Positions 16,641 to 27,292 of a stretch of DNA of 33,196 bases are shown in pieces; the stretch's first letter is position 1, and each line of letters begins with the position of its first letter. Source of the DNA: a virus (lineage: Duplodnaviria > Caudoviricetes); IMG/VR virus record IMGVR_UViG_3300020045_002688, positions 1 to 33,196 of that record, one strand, 5' to 3'. The position numbers were made by a program, and so were the translations under genes. Below the pieces are notes generated by a model. It was not told where the DNA came from. It was given only the letters and a program-made list of their open reading frames with translations, and ran no database searches.

Positions 16641-17528
16641 ATGGCCATTGTTGTTGAATCAGTATCAGCGGTAGTAAGTGTCAGCGCAGCAGCTACCGTT
16701 ACTATTACCAAGCCAACTGGATTGGCTGTTGGTGATTTGATGATAGCGACTCTATCCGCTTTTGCAGGAGATGGTTCTGGCTCTGGTGACATAAATCTAA
16801 AGTCTGTCTGGACTGCCGCCTCGACTACAACATTTCTACCGGAACTAGCAAACTCAATCCAGTACAAAATTGCCGATTCCGCAGACGTAGCCGCTAGTAA
16901 CTTCGCTTTCACAAAGTCAACTTCAACAGACAATTTCTCAGGGCAGCTCATTAGGGCCTCGGGCCACAACACCCTAAACCCACTAGGATTTGCAGATACA
17001 TATGTAAATGATACAGCAGAAAGCGCTACGTTTGCTGGAACCTTAGATTCCTACACTCCAGGCTCAGATGGTGCGCTGGTTGTTATCCAAGTAAACGGAG
17101 TGTGGTCAACAGGTTCAACTGCAAGAACAGTCTCCGACTACACAACATCTGGTGTAACTCACACAGAAGGAATTGACACGTACACCTCAGACGGAAGCGG
17201 TGGGGCGTTTGTAGCCAGCGCTTATGGAATACAGACTACCGCAGCCGCAATAACAACCTATGGTGCAACTATTAGCACTTCAACACCCGACCACTATGGG
17301 CAAATTGCAATTTTCATTCCTCCTGTAAATGCAAGTGGCACTAACACCCTAGTCACTACCACTTCAACAACCTCCACACAATCAGGGACTAACGACGGAA
17401 TTGTTGGTAACACCCTCGCTACAGCCACCAGTGAAGCTTTCACACAGTCAGGAACAGGGACAAGCCCCACAACTTGGACAAATGAAAGTAAAAATACATC
17501 AACGTGGGCTAACGAAGAAAAATCATGA
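16641..17528 (+). CDS. virion fibre/appendage protein
   Basis: ITKPTGLAVGDLMIA module, S/T-rich, WTNE repeats at the C-terminus. Confidence 0.6.
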   Translation: MAIVVESVSAVVSVSAAATVTITKPTGLAVGDLMIATLSAFAGDGSGSGDINLKSVWTAASTTTFLPELANSIQYKIADSADVAASNFAFTKSTSTDNFSGQLIRASGHNTLNPLGFADTYVNDTAESATFAGTLDSYTPGSDGALVVIQVNGVWSTGSTARTVSDYTTSGVTHTEGIDTYTSDGSGGAFVASAYGIQTTAAAITTYGATISTSTPDHYGQIAIFIPPVNASGTNTLVTTTSTTSTQSGTNDGIVGNTLATATSEAFTQSGTGTSPTTWTNESKNTSTWANEEKS

Positions 17529-17812
17529 CAATAGAAGAACTCACTAACAAAGTCACCGAGCTAGAGGAACAAGTACGTTTATTGACCCGCGTGGAAAACG
17601 TACCCTTTATTGAAAATGCCAAGAGACGTATTGCTATCCCTGTTCTGGGTGAATCAATTTCAAAAAACACTACAGGAAGTACGAGCGGTCTTACAGAGTC
17701 GGTTGACGAAGCTGGTGTGTCTTCATACTCAGTAGCCGCAGCCTACAGTGGGTCGATAACTATCGCAGACGCTCAAGGTAATCGTTACAAGTTAGGTTAC
17801 TACACTGCATAA
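17525..17812 (+). CDS. small tail protein with N-terminal coiled coil
   Basis: ATGA-coupled ORF. Confidence 0.6.
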   Translation: MTIEELTNKVTELEEQVRLLTRVENVPFIENAKRRIAIPVLGESISKNTTGSTSGLTESVDEAGVSSYSVAAAYSGSITIADAQGNRYKLGYYTA

Positions 17813-17813
17813 T

Positions 17814-19571
17814 ATGAAACGTATACCAGAAAACAGAATACTCGCACAAAGTGGTTACAGCGATTCTTACAAAGACATTGTGGAGTCTTTTAACCTAGAT
17901 TTGTCATCGAACTATGGTGCCACCAGAGCAACAAGGACGAAGCTACTGACTGACGATACAGATGTTCCTGAGCTGACTCTACCGATTGCGTTTACTTTCT
18001 ATGATAGCCGTTACTGGGCACTTGCAAATAGCTACATTTTTGAAGGTGGCAGCTCACCGAGTGACCCTTTTACCCTTGAGGGTGCGGGCAACTCACCGGA
18101 CGGCGAAACAGCGACCGCTTACTCTGACATGGAAATCTTTAATGGTTCCCTCTACGTGTCTGGTAGCAATGAAGTAATGAAGTTCAATGGCACCGTATGG
18201 AGCACGCCTGTAACGACACAGCTGACAGCTTCACGTCCCCACCTCCTTAAAGCATATGGTAACGGAGGCACATCGAGACTTTACGTTACTGACGACTATA
18301 ACAAAGTACACTCCATTAACACCTCAGACGTTATTTCAGCCACAGGGACAGCTACTTATGACCCACTGCTTGATAGCGGGTGGACTATTTCAATGCTAGA
18401 GGCTGGACAAAGTTCCCTGTGGCTTGGACTCATCAATCGCTACACCGGTCGCGGCATGGTTATTGAATGGGACGGTGTTACTGAGAATATTGATGTCCAA
18501 CGCATCGAGTTAGAGGCTGGAGTGGTCGCTGGGACAATGCTAGATAACATCCCCGTTGTAGTAGACGCTCGCGGGCGTATTCTTGAATACAACGGTTCAG
18601 GTTTTGTAGAGAAAGACCGCTTCTTTATTAAGGAACAGTTTTACCTCTATAACACAACCTCACAACGTAATGACCGCTTCATCCACGTTAATGGAATCAC
18701 AACTACAGATTACGGAACGATTCTTATCGCTATGCAAAACGAGCAAGACAACTCCTTTGGCAACGAAGACACTGTTCCTTCTGGTGTATACGAGTACATT
18801 CCAGGAGTAGGCTTAAACCACCGTTACAGTATCTCTGATTCCCCAGTTGGTGCGACCACAACCACAGACTACGGTCAGCCACGACTCGGCCGAATGGGAG
18901 CCATCATGTTTACCCGCACTCGCTCTGTCACCGACAACGAAAATGGAACACTCCTGGTCGGAGCGAATGTGTACACAGCCTACACCGACATTCTTACCAA
19001 CACTACAAAGTCTGGCATCTATATTGACGACACGATTGACACCACTGCCAAGATGGGTAGTTTTACTACACGTAAGTTTTACTCAGACAGTATCGCAGAT
19101 GCGTGGCAGAAAGTTTTTGCTATTTACAGTAAGTTTAAAAACGAAACTGACAAAATCGTGGTAAAATATAGGGTAACAGAGGAAAACTCTACGAGTGCAA
19201 GCTGCGCATGGATGAGTGAGCTTACATTTAACACGACAGATGATGTTTCTGCATTTGCAATAGGTGACGAAGTAACCATCCTCACAGGTACGGGAGCTGG
19301 AGCCACTCTTCAAATCACAGACATCGAGCCCTCAGAAAGTACCTACTCAATCACCGTGGCAGAAAATCCATTTAATAGCACAGGTACGTTCGCCGCTCGG
19401 TTTGAAAACTTCAAAGTTGCGGGCACAATCCAAAATGCAGAGCAATACCAAGAGATTACCTTCCCTGGAGCAACAAATACTTTCATTCAACTAAAGGTAG
19501 ACATCTACTTCACCGGTAAACAAGAACTTAATAAACTACTCCTTATTCACAAACCAACAGTTATCGTATAA
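17814..19571 (+). CDS. tail hub/nozzle (beta-propeller, P22 gp10-like position)
   Basis: Propeller-like repeats (FYDSRYW, FNGSLYV, FNGTVW), precedes ejection proteins. Confidence 0.65.
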   Translation: MKRIPENRILAQSGYSDSYKDIVESFNLDLSSNYGATRATRTKLLTDDTDVPELTLPIAFTFYDSRYWALANSYIFEGGSSPSDPFTLEGAGNSPDGETATAYSDMEIFNGSLYVSGSNEVMKFNGTVWSTPVTTQLTASRPHLLKAYGNGGTSRLYVTDDYNKVHSINTSDVISATGTATYDPLLDSGWTISMLEAGQSSLWLGLINRYTGRGMVIEWDGVTENIDVQRIELEAGVVAGTMLDNIPVVVDARGRILEYNGSGFVEKDRFFIKEQFYLYNTTSQRNDRFIHVNGITTTDYGTILIAMQNEQDNSFGNEDTVPSGVYEYIPGVGLNHRYSISDSPVGATTTTDYGQPRLGRMGAIMFTRTRSVTDNENGTLLVGANVYTAYTDILTNTTKSGIYIDDTIDTTAKMGSFTTRKFYSDSIADAWQKVFAIYSKFKNETDKIVVKYRVTEENSTSASCAWMSELTFNTTDDVSAFAIGDEVTILTGTGAGATLQITDIEPSESTYSITVAENPFNSTGTFAARFENFKVAGTIQNAEQYQEITFPGATNTFIQLKVDIYFTGKQELNKLLLIHKPTVIV

Positions 19572-19573
19572 AT

Positions 19574-21136
19574 ATGGCAAAAGCACCAGCACCAATCAAG
19601 ACTAGCGCAGGAATGGAAACCGTTGAACAAACGGTTGCTCGTGCTAAGCAGATGGTCAGCACATCACCTAACGCAGCTGCGCCAGAACCCACAGCGCCAC
19701 CAGTGTCTAAGGTGGAGGCTCCAGCAACACCTGTTGTAACTCCAACTCCGATGAATACGACTCAAGCGATTGAGAGCTTCACAACTCTGACTCCTGAGAT
19801 ACTTCAACAACAGCGCGACCTAAAAGTGAAGCAAGGTGCTGTGGGGGGGCAAGCGGAAGATTTATACGCTGGACTTTTAGGACTCGGGACAAAAGGTGAG
19901 GCCACAATGAAAGCAGAGGAGGCGGCAGGTATCGGAAAGATGTCCACCGAACTTACTGACATTGAAAATGAATTGGCGCAAAAGAGCCTGTCATTTAGAC
20001 GAGAACGCGAACGCATTGAGACACAAGGGGGGTCTCTTGCTCAAGTTAACGCGACACTCTCTGATGTTGGTCGTAAGCAAAATCGTGAACTAGCAGACCT
20101 GGAGACAATCCGAGCAGCTCGCTCTAACTCGCTAATAAATGCTCAAAACCTCGTCAATCGTAAAATTGAGCTAGAATTTGGGGATAAGATTGCGCAAGTG
20201 AACGCGCTAAAGTTTATCTATGACGAGAACAAGGAAAGTCTTACCAAGGATGAAGACCGGCTATTTCAACAGACTATTCGACGAGAAGAGCGTGGCTTTG
20301 AGATTGCGAAACAGAAGTTTGTGCAACTAGAGAACGAAAAGGCTAAGTATCTAACCAATGCCGCACAAGCTGGTGCCGATAACAACACCCTGAAGACAAT
20401 CCAATCAGCACAAGACCTCGACCAGTTGTACACAATGCCAGGGATTCAGAACTTTGCGCTTTCACAAGCGGAGAAGCTTAGTATGGCTTTGCAAAGTGAG
20501 CAATTAGCTGGCATTCGTGAAGAAAGAGTGATGAGACAAGAGGCGGCAGCTGCTCGAAATGCAGCTATCGCAGCAGGTATGCTCTTACCAGAACAAGCGG
20601 AAACAGTAGATGGTATTGACTCTCAATTTAGAGCCGAACCGATTGTAAAGGAATACAATACAGCAGTTGCTAAGAAAGCAGGGGTAGATGCAGTACTTAA
20701 TAGTGGAGTGAAGGGTATTCAAGATATTACTTTGGTGTATGAGTTCATGAAATCTATTGACCCAACATCTGTCGTCCGAACGGAAGAATTTAATAACGTA
20801 GCGAAATCAGGTAATATCTTTGCAGGGCAGATGGCAAAATACAATGGGTACTTTGCTAAAGGTGGAGGCACTCTGCCCGAGAACGTAAGGACTTCACTAA
20901 AGGCTTCAATGGAGGGCTCATTTGCCCAGAAAGAGGGCCAGTACTACAATGTGAAATCTGAATTTGGAGAAAAAGTAAACCGCCGCATCGGTATAGCTAA
21001 CGGAGAAGAGTATCTAACCTCTTATGATTCGGCTGGCACTGGAACTCTTCAAACTAATGACAACGGAGATATTGTTATACCAGGAAGAGCATCCAACGAA
21101 CAGTTCTTTAGTTCAACACAAATCCTTTCACAATAA
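19574..21136 (+). CDS. DNA ejection / internal virion protein
   Basis: A/Q/E-rich helical; DITLVYEFMKSIDPTSVVRTEEF motif. Confidence 0.65.
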   Translation: MAKAPAPIKTSAGMETVEQTVARAKQMVSTSPNAAAPEPTAPPVSKVEAPATPVVTPTPMNTTQAIESFTTLTPEILQQQRDLKVKQGAVGGQAEDLYAGLLGLGTKGEATMKAEEAAGIGKMSTELTDIENELAQKSLSFRRERERIETQGGSLAQVNATLSDVGRKQNRELADLETIRAARSNSLINAQNLVNRKIELEFGDKIAQVNALKFIYDENKESLTKDEDRLFQQTIRREERGFEIAKQKFVQLENEKAKYLTNAAQAGADNNTLKTIQSAQDLDQLYTMPGIQNFALSQAEKLSMALQSEQLAGIREERVMRQEAAAARNAAIAAGMLLPEQAETVDGIDSQFRAEPIVKEYNTAVAKKAGVDAVLNSGVKGIQDITLVYEFMKSIDPTSVVRTEEFNNVAKSGNIFAGQMAKYNGYFAKGGGTLPENVRTSLKASMEGSFAQKEGQYYNVKSEFGEKVNRRIGIANGEEYLTSYDSAGTGTLQTNDNGDIVIPGRASNEQFFSSTQILSQ

Positions 21137-21137
21137 T

Positions 21138-22634
21138 ATGCAAACAGTATCTATCAAACAAGCTATTGAAATAGCGAAGCAAGACCCAAACTCTGCTTTT
21201 GCAAATCAGTTACGACGCTCCATTGAATCCGGTTCATTAGACCAGGCCGCTCAAAAACAAGGTGTTGATTTATCTGCATTCGGTAGACCAACAACTACCG
21301 CTTCGATTTCTGACATTGAATCAATGGCTGGTGAACAAAGCCTTTTAAGTAAGGTGGGAGAAGCCACAAAAAACCTTGTGGGTGGTGCTGTTTACGGTGT
21401 CTCGGCTCCAGGTAGAACTGTACAAAACATACTATCTAAAGGCGTAGAGAAGGCAACTGGTGTAGAAGGTTTTGGAGATGCGGCAACTCAACAAGAGTTT
21501 GAAGCACAAACTGGTACCGACTTAGAAACAAAATCAGGAAAAGTTGGAGAGTTTGTCGGTGAAACAGCATTATTTGCAGGGGCTGGCTCAGCCGCAGGAG
21601 CAGCGACTGCCGGAACATCCATGTTATTGCGCGCAGCGGCACAAGGGGGAGCGGCTGCGACTGTTCAGGCTTTAAAGACTGGTGATATTGGAAAAGATGA
21701 ATTGTACGCAGGTCTATTTGGTGCCGCCACAGTTCCGGCAGGTGATGCGGTGAAGGCGATGTCTAAAAACCTCACCACCAAACTTCCTGAATGGCTTGTA
21801 AAACCACTTGTTAAACAAACAAAAGAAGCAAAAATACAAGGTAAAGATATTGTTCCATACCTACTTGAAACGGGTCGAGTGGGTTCAGTAGATGACCTTG
21901 TTACTAAATCAATAGACGAACAAGCTATCCTTAATAATCAAGTAGATGAAATACTTGCGGCAGGGAAGGAAGCGGGTAAGAAAGTAAATATCTCACAAAT
22001 CGTAGATGATGTAGTAGATGACATCAATAAGGGCGGCGGAGAAATCACAAGAGATGAAGTACTAGAGACACTTCAAAGTATTGCATACAAGTCAAAAGGT
22101 TCTCTACAGTCAGAGAATCTCGATATTAGAACAGCAAACGCCTTACGTAGTCAGCTTGATGAGACCTTATATCAGGGGAAAGAGTATCTTCGCACAGCAC
22201 TCCCTAAAAACAAAGACATTCTTCGGGCATTTACTGGAAAGTTACGTAGCACCGTACAGATGACAGAGCCGACAACACGACCCCTCTTTGACAAGTGGTC
22301 TAAAGAAATTACCCTACAGAAAGCTCTTGAGAGTGCAGCAACTTCATCAGGTGGACGCAATGCTATCAACTTTATGGATTTAGTAACAGGTCTCGGAACA
22401 CTTGGAGCGACAAGCAATCCAGTAACCGCCCTCGCCGTTGCAGGAGGGAGGCGCGCGTTTGAATCACCACAAGTTAAGACTAATCTGGCTCAAGCGTTTC
22501 TTAAGACAGATAAAGTAGTAGCAGCGCTATCAAAAGCATCGCCAGAAACAAGAGCGGTTCTGTTACAGTTTGCATCTGAGTTACTTTCTGAGGACGACTC
22601 ACAAACCACCAGCGAAGATAACCTACCCCAATAA
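21138..22634 (+). CDS. DNA ejection / internal virion protein
   Basis: G/A-rich hydrophobic segments; start at 21138, 1 nt after the upstream stop. Confidence 0.65.
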   Translation: MQTVSIKQAIEIAKQDPNSAFANQLRRSIESGSLDQAAQKQGVDLSAFGRPTTTASISDIESMAGEQSLLSKVGEATKNLVGGAVYGVSAPGRTVQNILSKGVEKATGVEGFGDAATQQEFEAQTGTDLETKSGKVGEFVGETALFAGAGSAAGAATAGTSMLLRAAAQGGAAATVQALKTGDIGKDELYAGLFGAATVPAGDAVKAMSKNLTTKLPEWLVKPLVKQTKEAKIQGKDIVPYLLETGRVGSVDDLVTKSIDEQAILNNQVDEILAAGKEAGKKVNISQIVDDVVDDINKGGGEITRDEVLETLQSIAYKSKGSLQSENLDIRTANALRSQLDETLYQGKEYLRTALPKNKDILRAFTGKLRSTVQMTEPTTRPLFDKWSKEITLQKALESAATSSGGRNAINFMDLVTGLGTLGATSNPVTALAVAGGRRAFESPQVKTNLAQAFLKTDKVVAALSKASPETRAVLLQFASELLSEDDSQTTSEDNLPQ

Positions 22635-22680
22635 GCATCCATAAAGCGACACTCAGGATTGTGATAATAAAAGCTAACAT
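22501..22680 (-). CDS. antisense 59-aa two-helix membrane protein, candidate superinfection exclusion
   Basis: TTGACG-N17-TAGGGT-N6-ATG on the minus strand; MLAFIITILSVALWMLIGVGYLRWWF. Confidence 0.5.
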   Translation of the reverse strand: MLAFIITILSVALWMLIGVGYLRWWFVSRPQKVTQMQTVTEPLLFLAMLLIALLLLYLS

Positions 22681-22735
22681 ACCCAAACCCTACACCCACA
22701 AAAAGCAACCGTCAATGGTATAATTGTAGATAACT

Positions 22736-23533
22736 ATGAACCCACTCTTAAAACTAGCCCAACAAATTAAAGACGCTGAGGGTGTTACCCTTGCCGCAGT
22801 TATCGAAAAAGTGGAGAAAATCCGTGTCGATGAGGAGATGTCACAGAAGGATATTAAGAAGCTGGCACAAGCCCTCCTAACGCTGAAAAACACAGTAGAC
22901 GGTATTCCGCTAGATTCAGAAGTTAAGAAGCTTAAAACGGCAATTTCTGACGCTACAGAGCGAGTTACGAGGTCACTCAGTAAGGAGATTGGTGCTGTTC
23001 GTAACGAGTTGAAGGCGACTGAGGTTCGACTCCTTGAGGAGATGGTGGCGCGCATTCCCGACATTGTAACGGTAACTGAAAAGGTAACAGAGGTAGCCAA
23101 GGAACTAGACGAGCAAGAACAAAAGAAAGTGCTCGACAAAGTACTTGACCCAGAGTTTGTGGCAAAGGTACGAGATGTCATCGAATCCTTTGAAGAGGAC
23201 GAACGACTAGATGCGTCTAAGCTTAAAAACCTGCCTGAAATGCAGACCTTGCAAATGGGAGGGGGTGGCTCTAACCTTACTGTCTACAAAGATGGTGTCC
23301 AAGTAAATAGCTCAACTCGATTAAACTTTGTGGGTTCTGGTGTGGCTGTAACTACCGAAGCGGGTGGAACTAAGGTCACAATCACTGGAGGAAGTGGCGG
23401 TGGACAAGTTGACACCATCGTAGCTGGTACAGGTATCACCGTAGACTCTACAGACCCAGCCAATCCGATTGTGAGTGCAACAGGTGGAGGGGTCACAGAG
23501 TCATTAGCCATTGCTTACGCAGTATCATTATAA
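22736..23533 (+). CDS. coiled-coil stalk/fibre attachment protein
   Basis: Coiled coil, RLDASKLKNLP, Gly linkers, LNFVGSGV, C-terminal LAIAYAVSL; promoter 22716-22724. Confidence 0.65.
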   Translation: MNPLLKLAQQIKDAEGVTLAAVIEKVEKIRVDEEMSQKDIKKLAQALLTLKNTVDGIPLDSEVKKLKTAISDATERVTRSLSKEIGAVRNELKATEVRLLEEMVARIPDIVTVTEKVTEVAKELDEQEQKKVLDKVLDPEFVAKVRDVIESFEEDERLDASKLKNLPEMQTLQMGGGGSNLTVYKDGVQVNSSTRLNFVGSGVAVTTEAGGTKVTITGGSGGGQVDTIVAGTGITVDSTDPANPIVSATGGGVTESLAIAYAVSL

Positions 23534-23539
23534 AATCAT

Positions 23540-25297
23540 ATGTCAAAAATCAGATTAACCAGTCCAACCTTCGACGCTTCGGCTCAAACTATTGTCCACC
23601 CATCATTTTCTGATGTCGGACTCGCGGGTATTCAGCTCATTACCAACGTCACAGACGGGGTAATTATCTATAACTTTGCTGACGCAACAAAAGGTGGTAC
23701 TCTCGCCACAGATACACTGACACTCGAATACGATACTACTTCGATGTCTGACACGGACGACTTGATGATTCTGGTTGAAGATGGATTACAGCAAACGGTC
23801 ACAGCCGAACTCTCAGCTACTGATAACGCGGTACTTGACGCTATCGAAGCCGATACAACAACCATCGCTTCATCTGTCTACACTGAGGGAGCAACCGACG
23901 CTTCTATCACAGGAGTTCCGGCTCTCATGGAGATTGCAGGAAACACACTCCACCCTCTTCAGGGGCAAGTGGCAAACGGCGGGTATGGTCTTACAACAAT
24001 TATTCCAGGCCACGTAAGTACTGACAACTCTACTACTTCCGTACTCGCTGGTGGTGCTGTGTTCACAGGAGCGTGGGAAGAAGTAACCAACCACGGTATT
24101 ATCGTAATAACCTTAAAAGCTAGTCACGCTTCTGCTACTGATGGTCTCTCTGTGCAGTTTAGTACTGACGGAACTAATATAGATAACACTGACGAGTTCA
24201 CGGTCGCAGCCGCAACTGGTAAGACCTTTAGCTTCCAAGCTGCCGCCAAGTACTTCCGTGTTGTATACACCAACGGTGCCACCCTTCAAACCTACTTCCG
24301 TCTCCAGACAATCCTCAAGCCGTCATATGCAAAGCCTTCAAGTCACCGTGTATCTGACTCTCTTTCACTCCAGGATGATGCCGAACTTGTAAAGGCAGTT
24401 ATCGCAGGAGAAACCACCGCAGGTGGTGGAGCATTCGTAAACGTAAAAGTTACCCCTTCAGGAGCCATCACCGGAGCCTTTCAGCTCAATGATGGAACCG
24501 ACACCGCGCTTGTAACAGCAGCGGGTGAACTTAACGTACTGGCAACTGCTCAGCCTGGAGTAGACGTCGGAGATGTAACAGTCAACAACGCAGCAGGGGC
24601 AAGTGCTGTAAATATCCAAGACGGTGGTAACTCAATTACAGTAGACGCTCCAGTGGGCACTCCAGCATTCGTACGTCTATCAGACGGGGCCGCTGCAATC
24701 ACTACTTTACCTGTATCTCTCGCCACAGTTCCATCTCACGCGGTAACTAACGCAGGAACATTTGCTGTTCAAGTCGATGGTTCAGCTCTTACTTCACTTC
24801 AACTCTTAGACGATACCGTCTTTGCGGATGACGCTGCTTTCACGCTCGGAACCTCTAAAGGTTCTGTGATGGAAGGAGTGGCGGTCAACATGGACGGTAC
24901 AGACCCCACCGCAGTCTCAGCCGAAGGCGATGCTGCGGCTGTCCGCACTGACCCTAACCGCATCCTTCTTGTAAACCAACCTCACCCACGATTCTTCCAT
25001 ATCTCAGCCGACTACGCCTCAGCTCAGACTAACGTATCAGTTAAAGCTGCTCCAGGTGCTTCTCTCTCTATTTACATCACGGATATTGTCCTCTCTAACG
25101 GAGCTACTGCTGGAAACATCACACTTCTGGATGGTTCTGGCGGAACAGTGCTCTTTGAGATTTACCCTGCCGTGAACGGTGGTGCTACTATGTCACTCCG
25201 TAACCCGATTAAATTAACAGCTAACACCGCCCTTTGCTTAACATCGACTACTGTCACAACACACAGCATCTTTGTAAGTGGGTATATCGCAGCATAA
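23540..25297 (+). CDS. mosaic tail fibre/appendage protein
   Basis: A/T/G/V-rich with modules TFDASAQTI...IIYNFAD and VNIQDGGNSITVD. Confidence 0.65.
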   Translation: MSKIRLTSPTFDASAQTIVHPSFSDVGLAGIQLITNVTDGVIIYNFADATKGGTLATDTLTLEYDTTSMSDTDDLMILVEDGLQQTVTAELSATDNAVLDAIEADTTTIASSVYTEGATDASITGVPALMEIAGNTLHPLQGQVANGGYGLTTIIPGHVSTDNSTTSVLAGGAVFTGAWEEVTNHGIIVITLKASHASATDGLSVQFSTDGTNIDNTDEFTVAAATGKTFSFQAAAKYFRVVYTNGATLQTYFRLQTILKPSYAKPSSHRVSDSLSLQDDAELVKAVIAGETTAGGGAFVNVKVTPSGAITGAFQLNDGTDTALVTAAGELNVLATAQPGVDVGDVTVNNAAGASAVNIQDGGNSITVDAPVGTPAFVRLSDGAAAITTLPVSLATVPSHAVTNAGTFAVQVDGSALTSLQLLDDTVFADDAAFTLGTSKGSVMEGVAVNMDGTDPTAVSAEGDAAAVRTDPNRILLVNQPHPRFFHISADYASAQTNVSVKAAPGASLSIYITDIVLSNGATAGNITLLDGSGGTVLFEIYPAVNGGATMSLRNPIKLTANTALCLTSTTVTTHSIFVSGYIAA

Positions 25298-25304
25298 ACC
25301 ATAT

Positions 25305-26090
25305 ATGTCTATTCAAAACCAAGCAGAATACCTCGGAGCTTCAAAACAAGTCATTACGTGGAATAAAACAGCCGCTCGAACAACAGTTGCTGCCGTTCCG
25401 TTCTCACTCTTTGACGTTGCCGGAAATCCAGGAGCAGGAACCCTCGCTGTAGGAAATACAGCTAATGGCGTAGTACCAACAGACGCAACAAACGGCTACC
25501 CCGCGATTAACACTATTACAGGTACAGGCCAGCTTACGAATGTTAACTTTGCTAACACGGTAGCTTCACGGCTTGCACTCTATGACCGTGTATTTAGTGC
25601 AGGAGCATACGCTTTTAACGCTAACACTACCCTTGCTTCACAGCCAAGCTTTTCAGGTCGAGTCCCGAACACAGACTTCAAAGGTCTCGAACTTTGGATT
25701 GAAGCAGCTACGGCCTTTACAGGCAACCTATCTGTACAAATCAACTACCTAGACCAGGATGGAAACGCTGGCGACACAGGAGTCGTAGCGACCGGAGCCG
25801 CACTCATTATCGGCCGTATGATGCGTATCCCGCTTGCGGCAGGCGACTCGGGTATCTCACAAATCAATCAAGTGCGTGGAACTGTGGCGACAGTTGGAAC
25901 CTTTAACGTTCATGTAATGCGTAAGCTGTGGGAAGGCCGCGTGCTTACAGCTAACGGCGGAGACCGCCACAATCTATACCGAATAGGAATCCCACAAGTG
26001 TACGACACCTCTGCACTGTTCGTCGTTTGCACAGCAGACTCAACATCATCAGGACTTCCAACCGTAGACATCGAAATTTCACAATCATAA
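25305..26090 (+). CDS. virion structural protein
   Basis: Beta-rich ORF in the fibre module. Confidence 0.6.
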   Translation: MSIQNQAEYLGASKQVITWNKTAARTTVAAVPFSLFDVAGNPGAGTLAVGNTANGVVPTDATNGYPAINTITGTGQLTNVNFANTVASRLALYDRVFSAGAYAFNANTTLASQPSFSGRVPNTDFKGLELWIEAATAFTGNLSVQINYLDQDGNAGDTGVVATGAALIIGRMMRIPLAAGDSGISQINQVRGTVATVGTFNVHVMRKLWEGRVLTANGGDRHNLYRIGIPQVYDTSALFVVCTADSTSSGLPTVDIEISQS

Positions 26091-26092
26091 AC

Positions 26093-26335
26093 ATGGAATC
26101 AAAGAAGATTACAATAAACAATAACGATTATGATGCAGATAAAATCGTGCCGTTTTTATTGAAGGTGAAAGCCCAAAACGCACAAGAAGAAGAGGAGTTT
26201 TTGGCTGAATACTACTTCGGTAGTGATATGTCTGCGTGGGTAGAAAAAATAATCGCAGATAAGAAATTGAGCCTTAATGACTATTTAAGGTTAGAAGGAG
26301 CAATTATTGACCCGATAGATATGTTAGAGGAATAA
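26093..26335 (+). CDS. hypothetical protein
   Basis: Tightly packed ORF. Confidence 0.65.
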   Translation: MESKKITINNNDYDADKIVPFLLKVKAQNAQEEEEFLAEYYFGSDMSAWVEKIIADKKLSLNDYLRLEGAIIDPIDMLEE

Positions 26336-26336
26336 T

Positions 26337-26996
26337 ATGGCTTGGGTAGCAGAAGATACATTTGAAGGAGCGACAGACGAAGCAAACCTTACCGCTTGGA
26401 GCGGAGGAACCGGATGGGCCGGTGCCTGGGTTAACGCAGCGACTAACTTAGAGCGCTCAGACACAGCGACCGCTTACGATGGGTCTGTTTCTGCGCGAGT
26501 TGTGTCAAATGCGGGAAACACTTTCTATACACGCACATTATCGTCCTCAACAACTTCTGGTGTTGTATATGTGGCGCTAAGTAAAAGCTCTACATCAGCC
26601 GGAGAAAATTCTTTTTCTCTGCGGTCTTCTGCGGGCGGGAGAGCTATTGTACGTTTAACCGCTGCCGGAAATTTGCAAGCGTTTGGTAGTTCAGGTGCAG
26701 TCAACTTGCTGGCAGGATTCACAGTTAATACATGGTATGTCGTTAGAATTACTTTTGATACAACAGCGGGCACATTTACAGCCGCATATTCCACTGGTGG
26801 GTATGGAACTGGAGGAACATTTGGTACTGAAAGTTCATCCATTACGATGTTTGGTTCTGGTGCCATTGACCGAGTGGGAGCTGGCGGTGACACAGGAGCA
26901 AACTCTTGGGTAGATTACATATCTGGCACAACCCCTTTTTCCGGAGGCGGCGGCTCCCCAACCCCCCTCCTAATGATGATGGGTATGGGTTCATAG
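26337..26996 (+). CDS. lectin/LamG-like receptor-binding candidate
   Basis: DTFE start, NTWYVVRITFD, VDYI; Gly linker then PLLMMMGMGS. Confidence 0.55.
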   Translation: MAWVAEDTFEGATDEANLTAWSGGTGWAGAWVNAATNLERSDTATAYDGSVSARVVSNAGNTFYTRTLSSSTTSGVVYVALSKSSTSAGENSFSLRSSAGGRAIVRLTAAGNLQAFGSSGAVNLLAGFTVNTWYVVRITFDTTAGTFTAAYSTGGYGTGGTFGTESSSITMFGSGAIDRVGAGGDTGANSWVDYISGTTPFSGGGGSPTPLLMMMGMGS

Positions 26997-27025
26997 TGCA
27001 TGGTATAATATACCTATTATTACTT

Positions 27026-27289
27026 ATGACCGAAGCTTATTCGACAAAGGAGATGCTCACCGAGATACGGTTAGACCAAAAGGAACACAACGAACGCTCT
27101 ATTCGTATGGAAGAGACACTCCTTGCCGTACTAGAACAGGCGAAGAAGACTAATGGTAGAATTACGGTGCTGGAGGCAAGCACCACCGCTTTAAAGGAAG
27201 AACACAACAAGTTCAAAACCGTAGTCAAGACGCTCTCCTCAATCGGTGCTGCTGGCTGGGCCTTCATCACTTTTATAGTAGATAAATAA
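27026..27289 (+). CDS. XhlA-like holin/lysis membrane protein
   Basis: Coiled coil, KKTNGRITVLE, C-terminal TM helix; promoter 27001-27009. Confidence 0.65.
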   Translation: MTEAYSTKEMLTEIRLDQKEHNERSIRMEETLLAVLEQAKKTNGRITVLEASTTALKEEHNKFKTVVKTLSSIGAAGWAFITFIVDK

Positions 27290-27292
27290 ACT

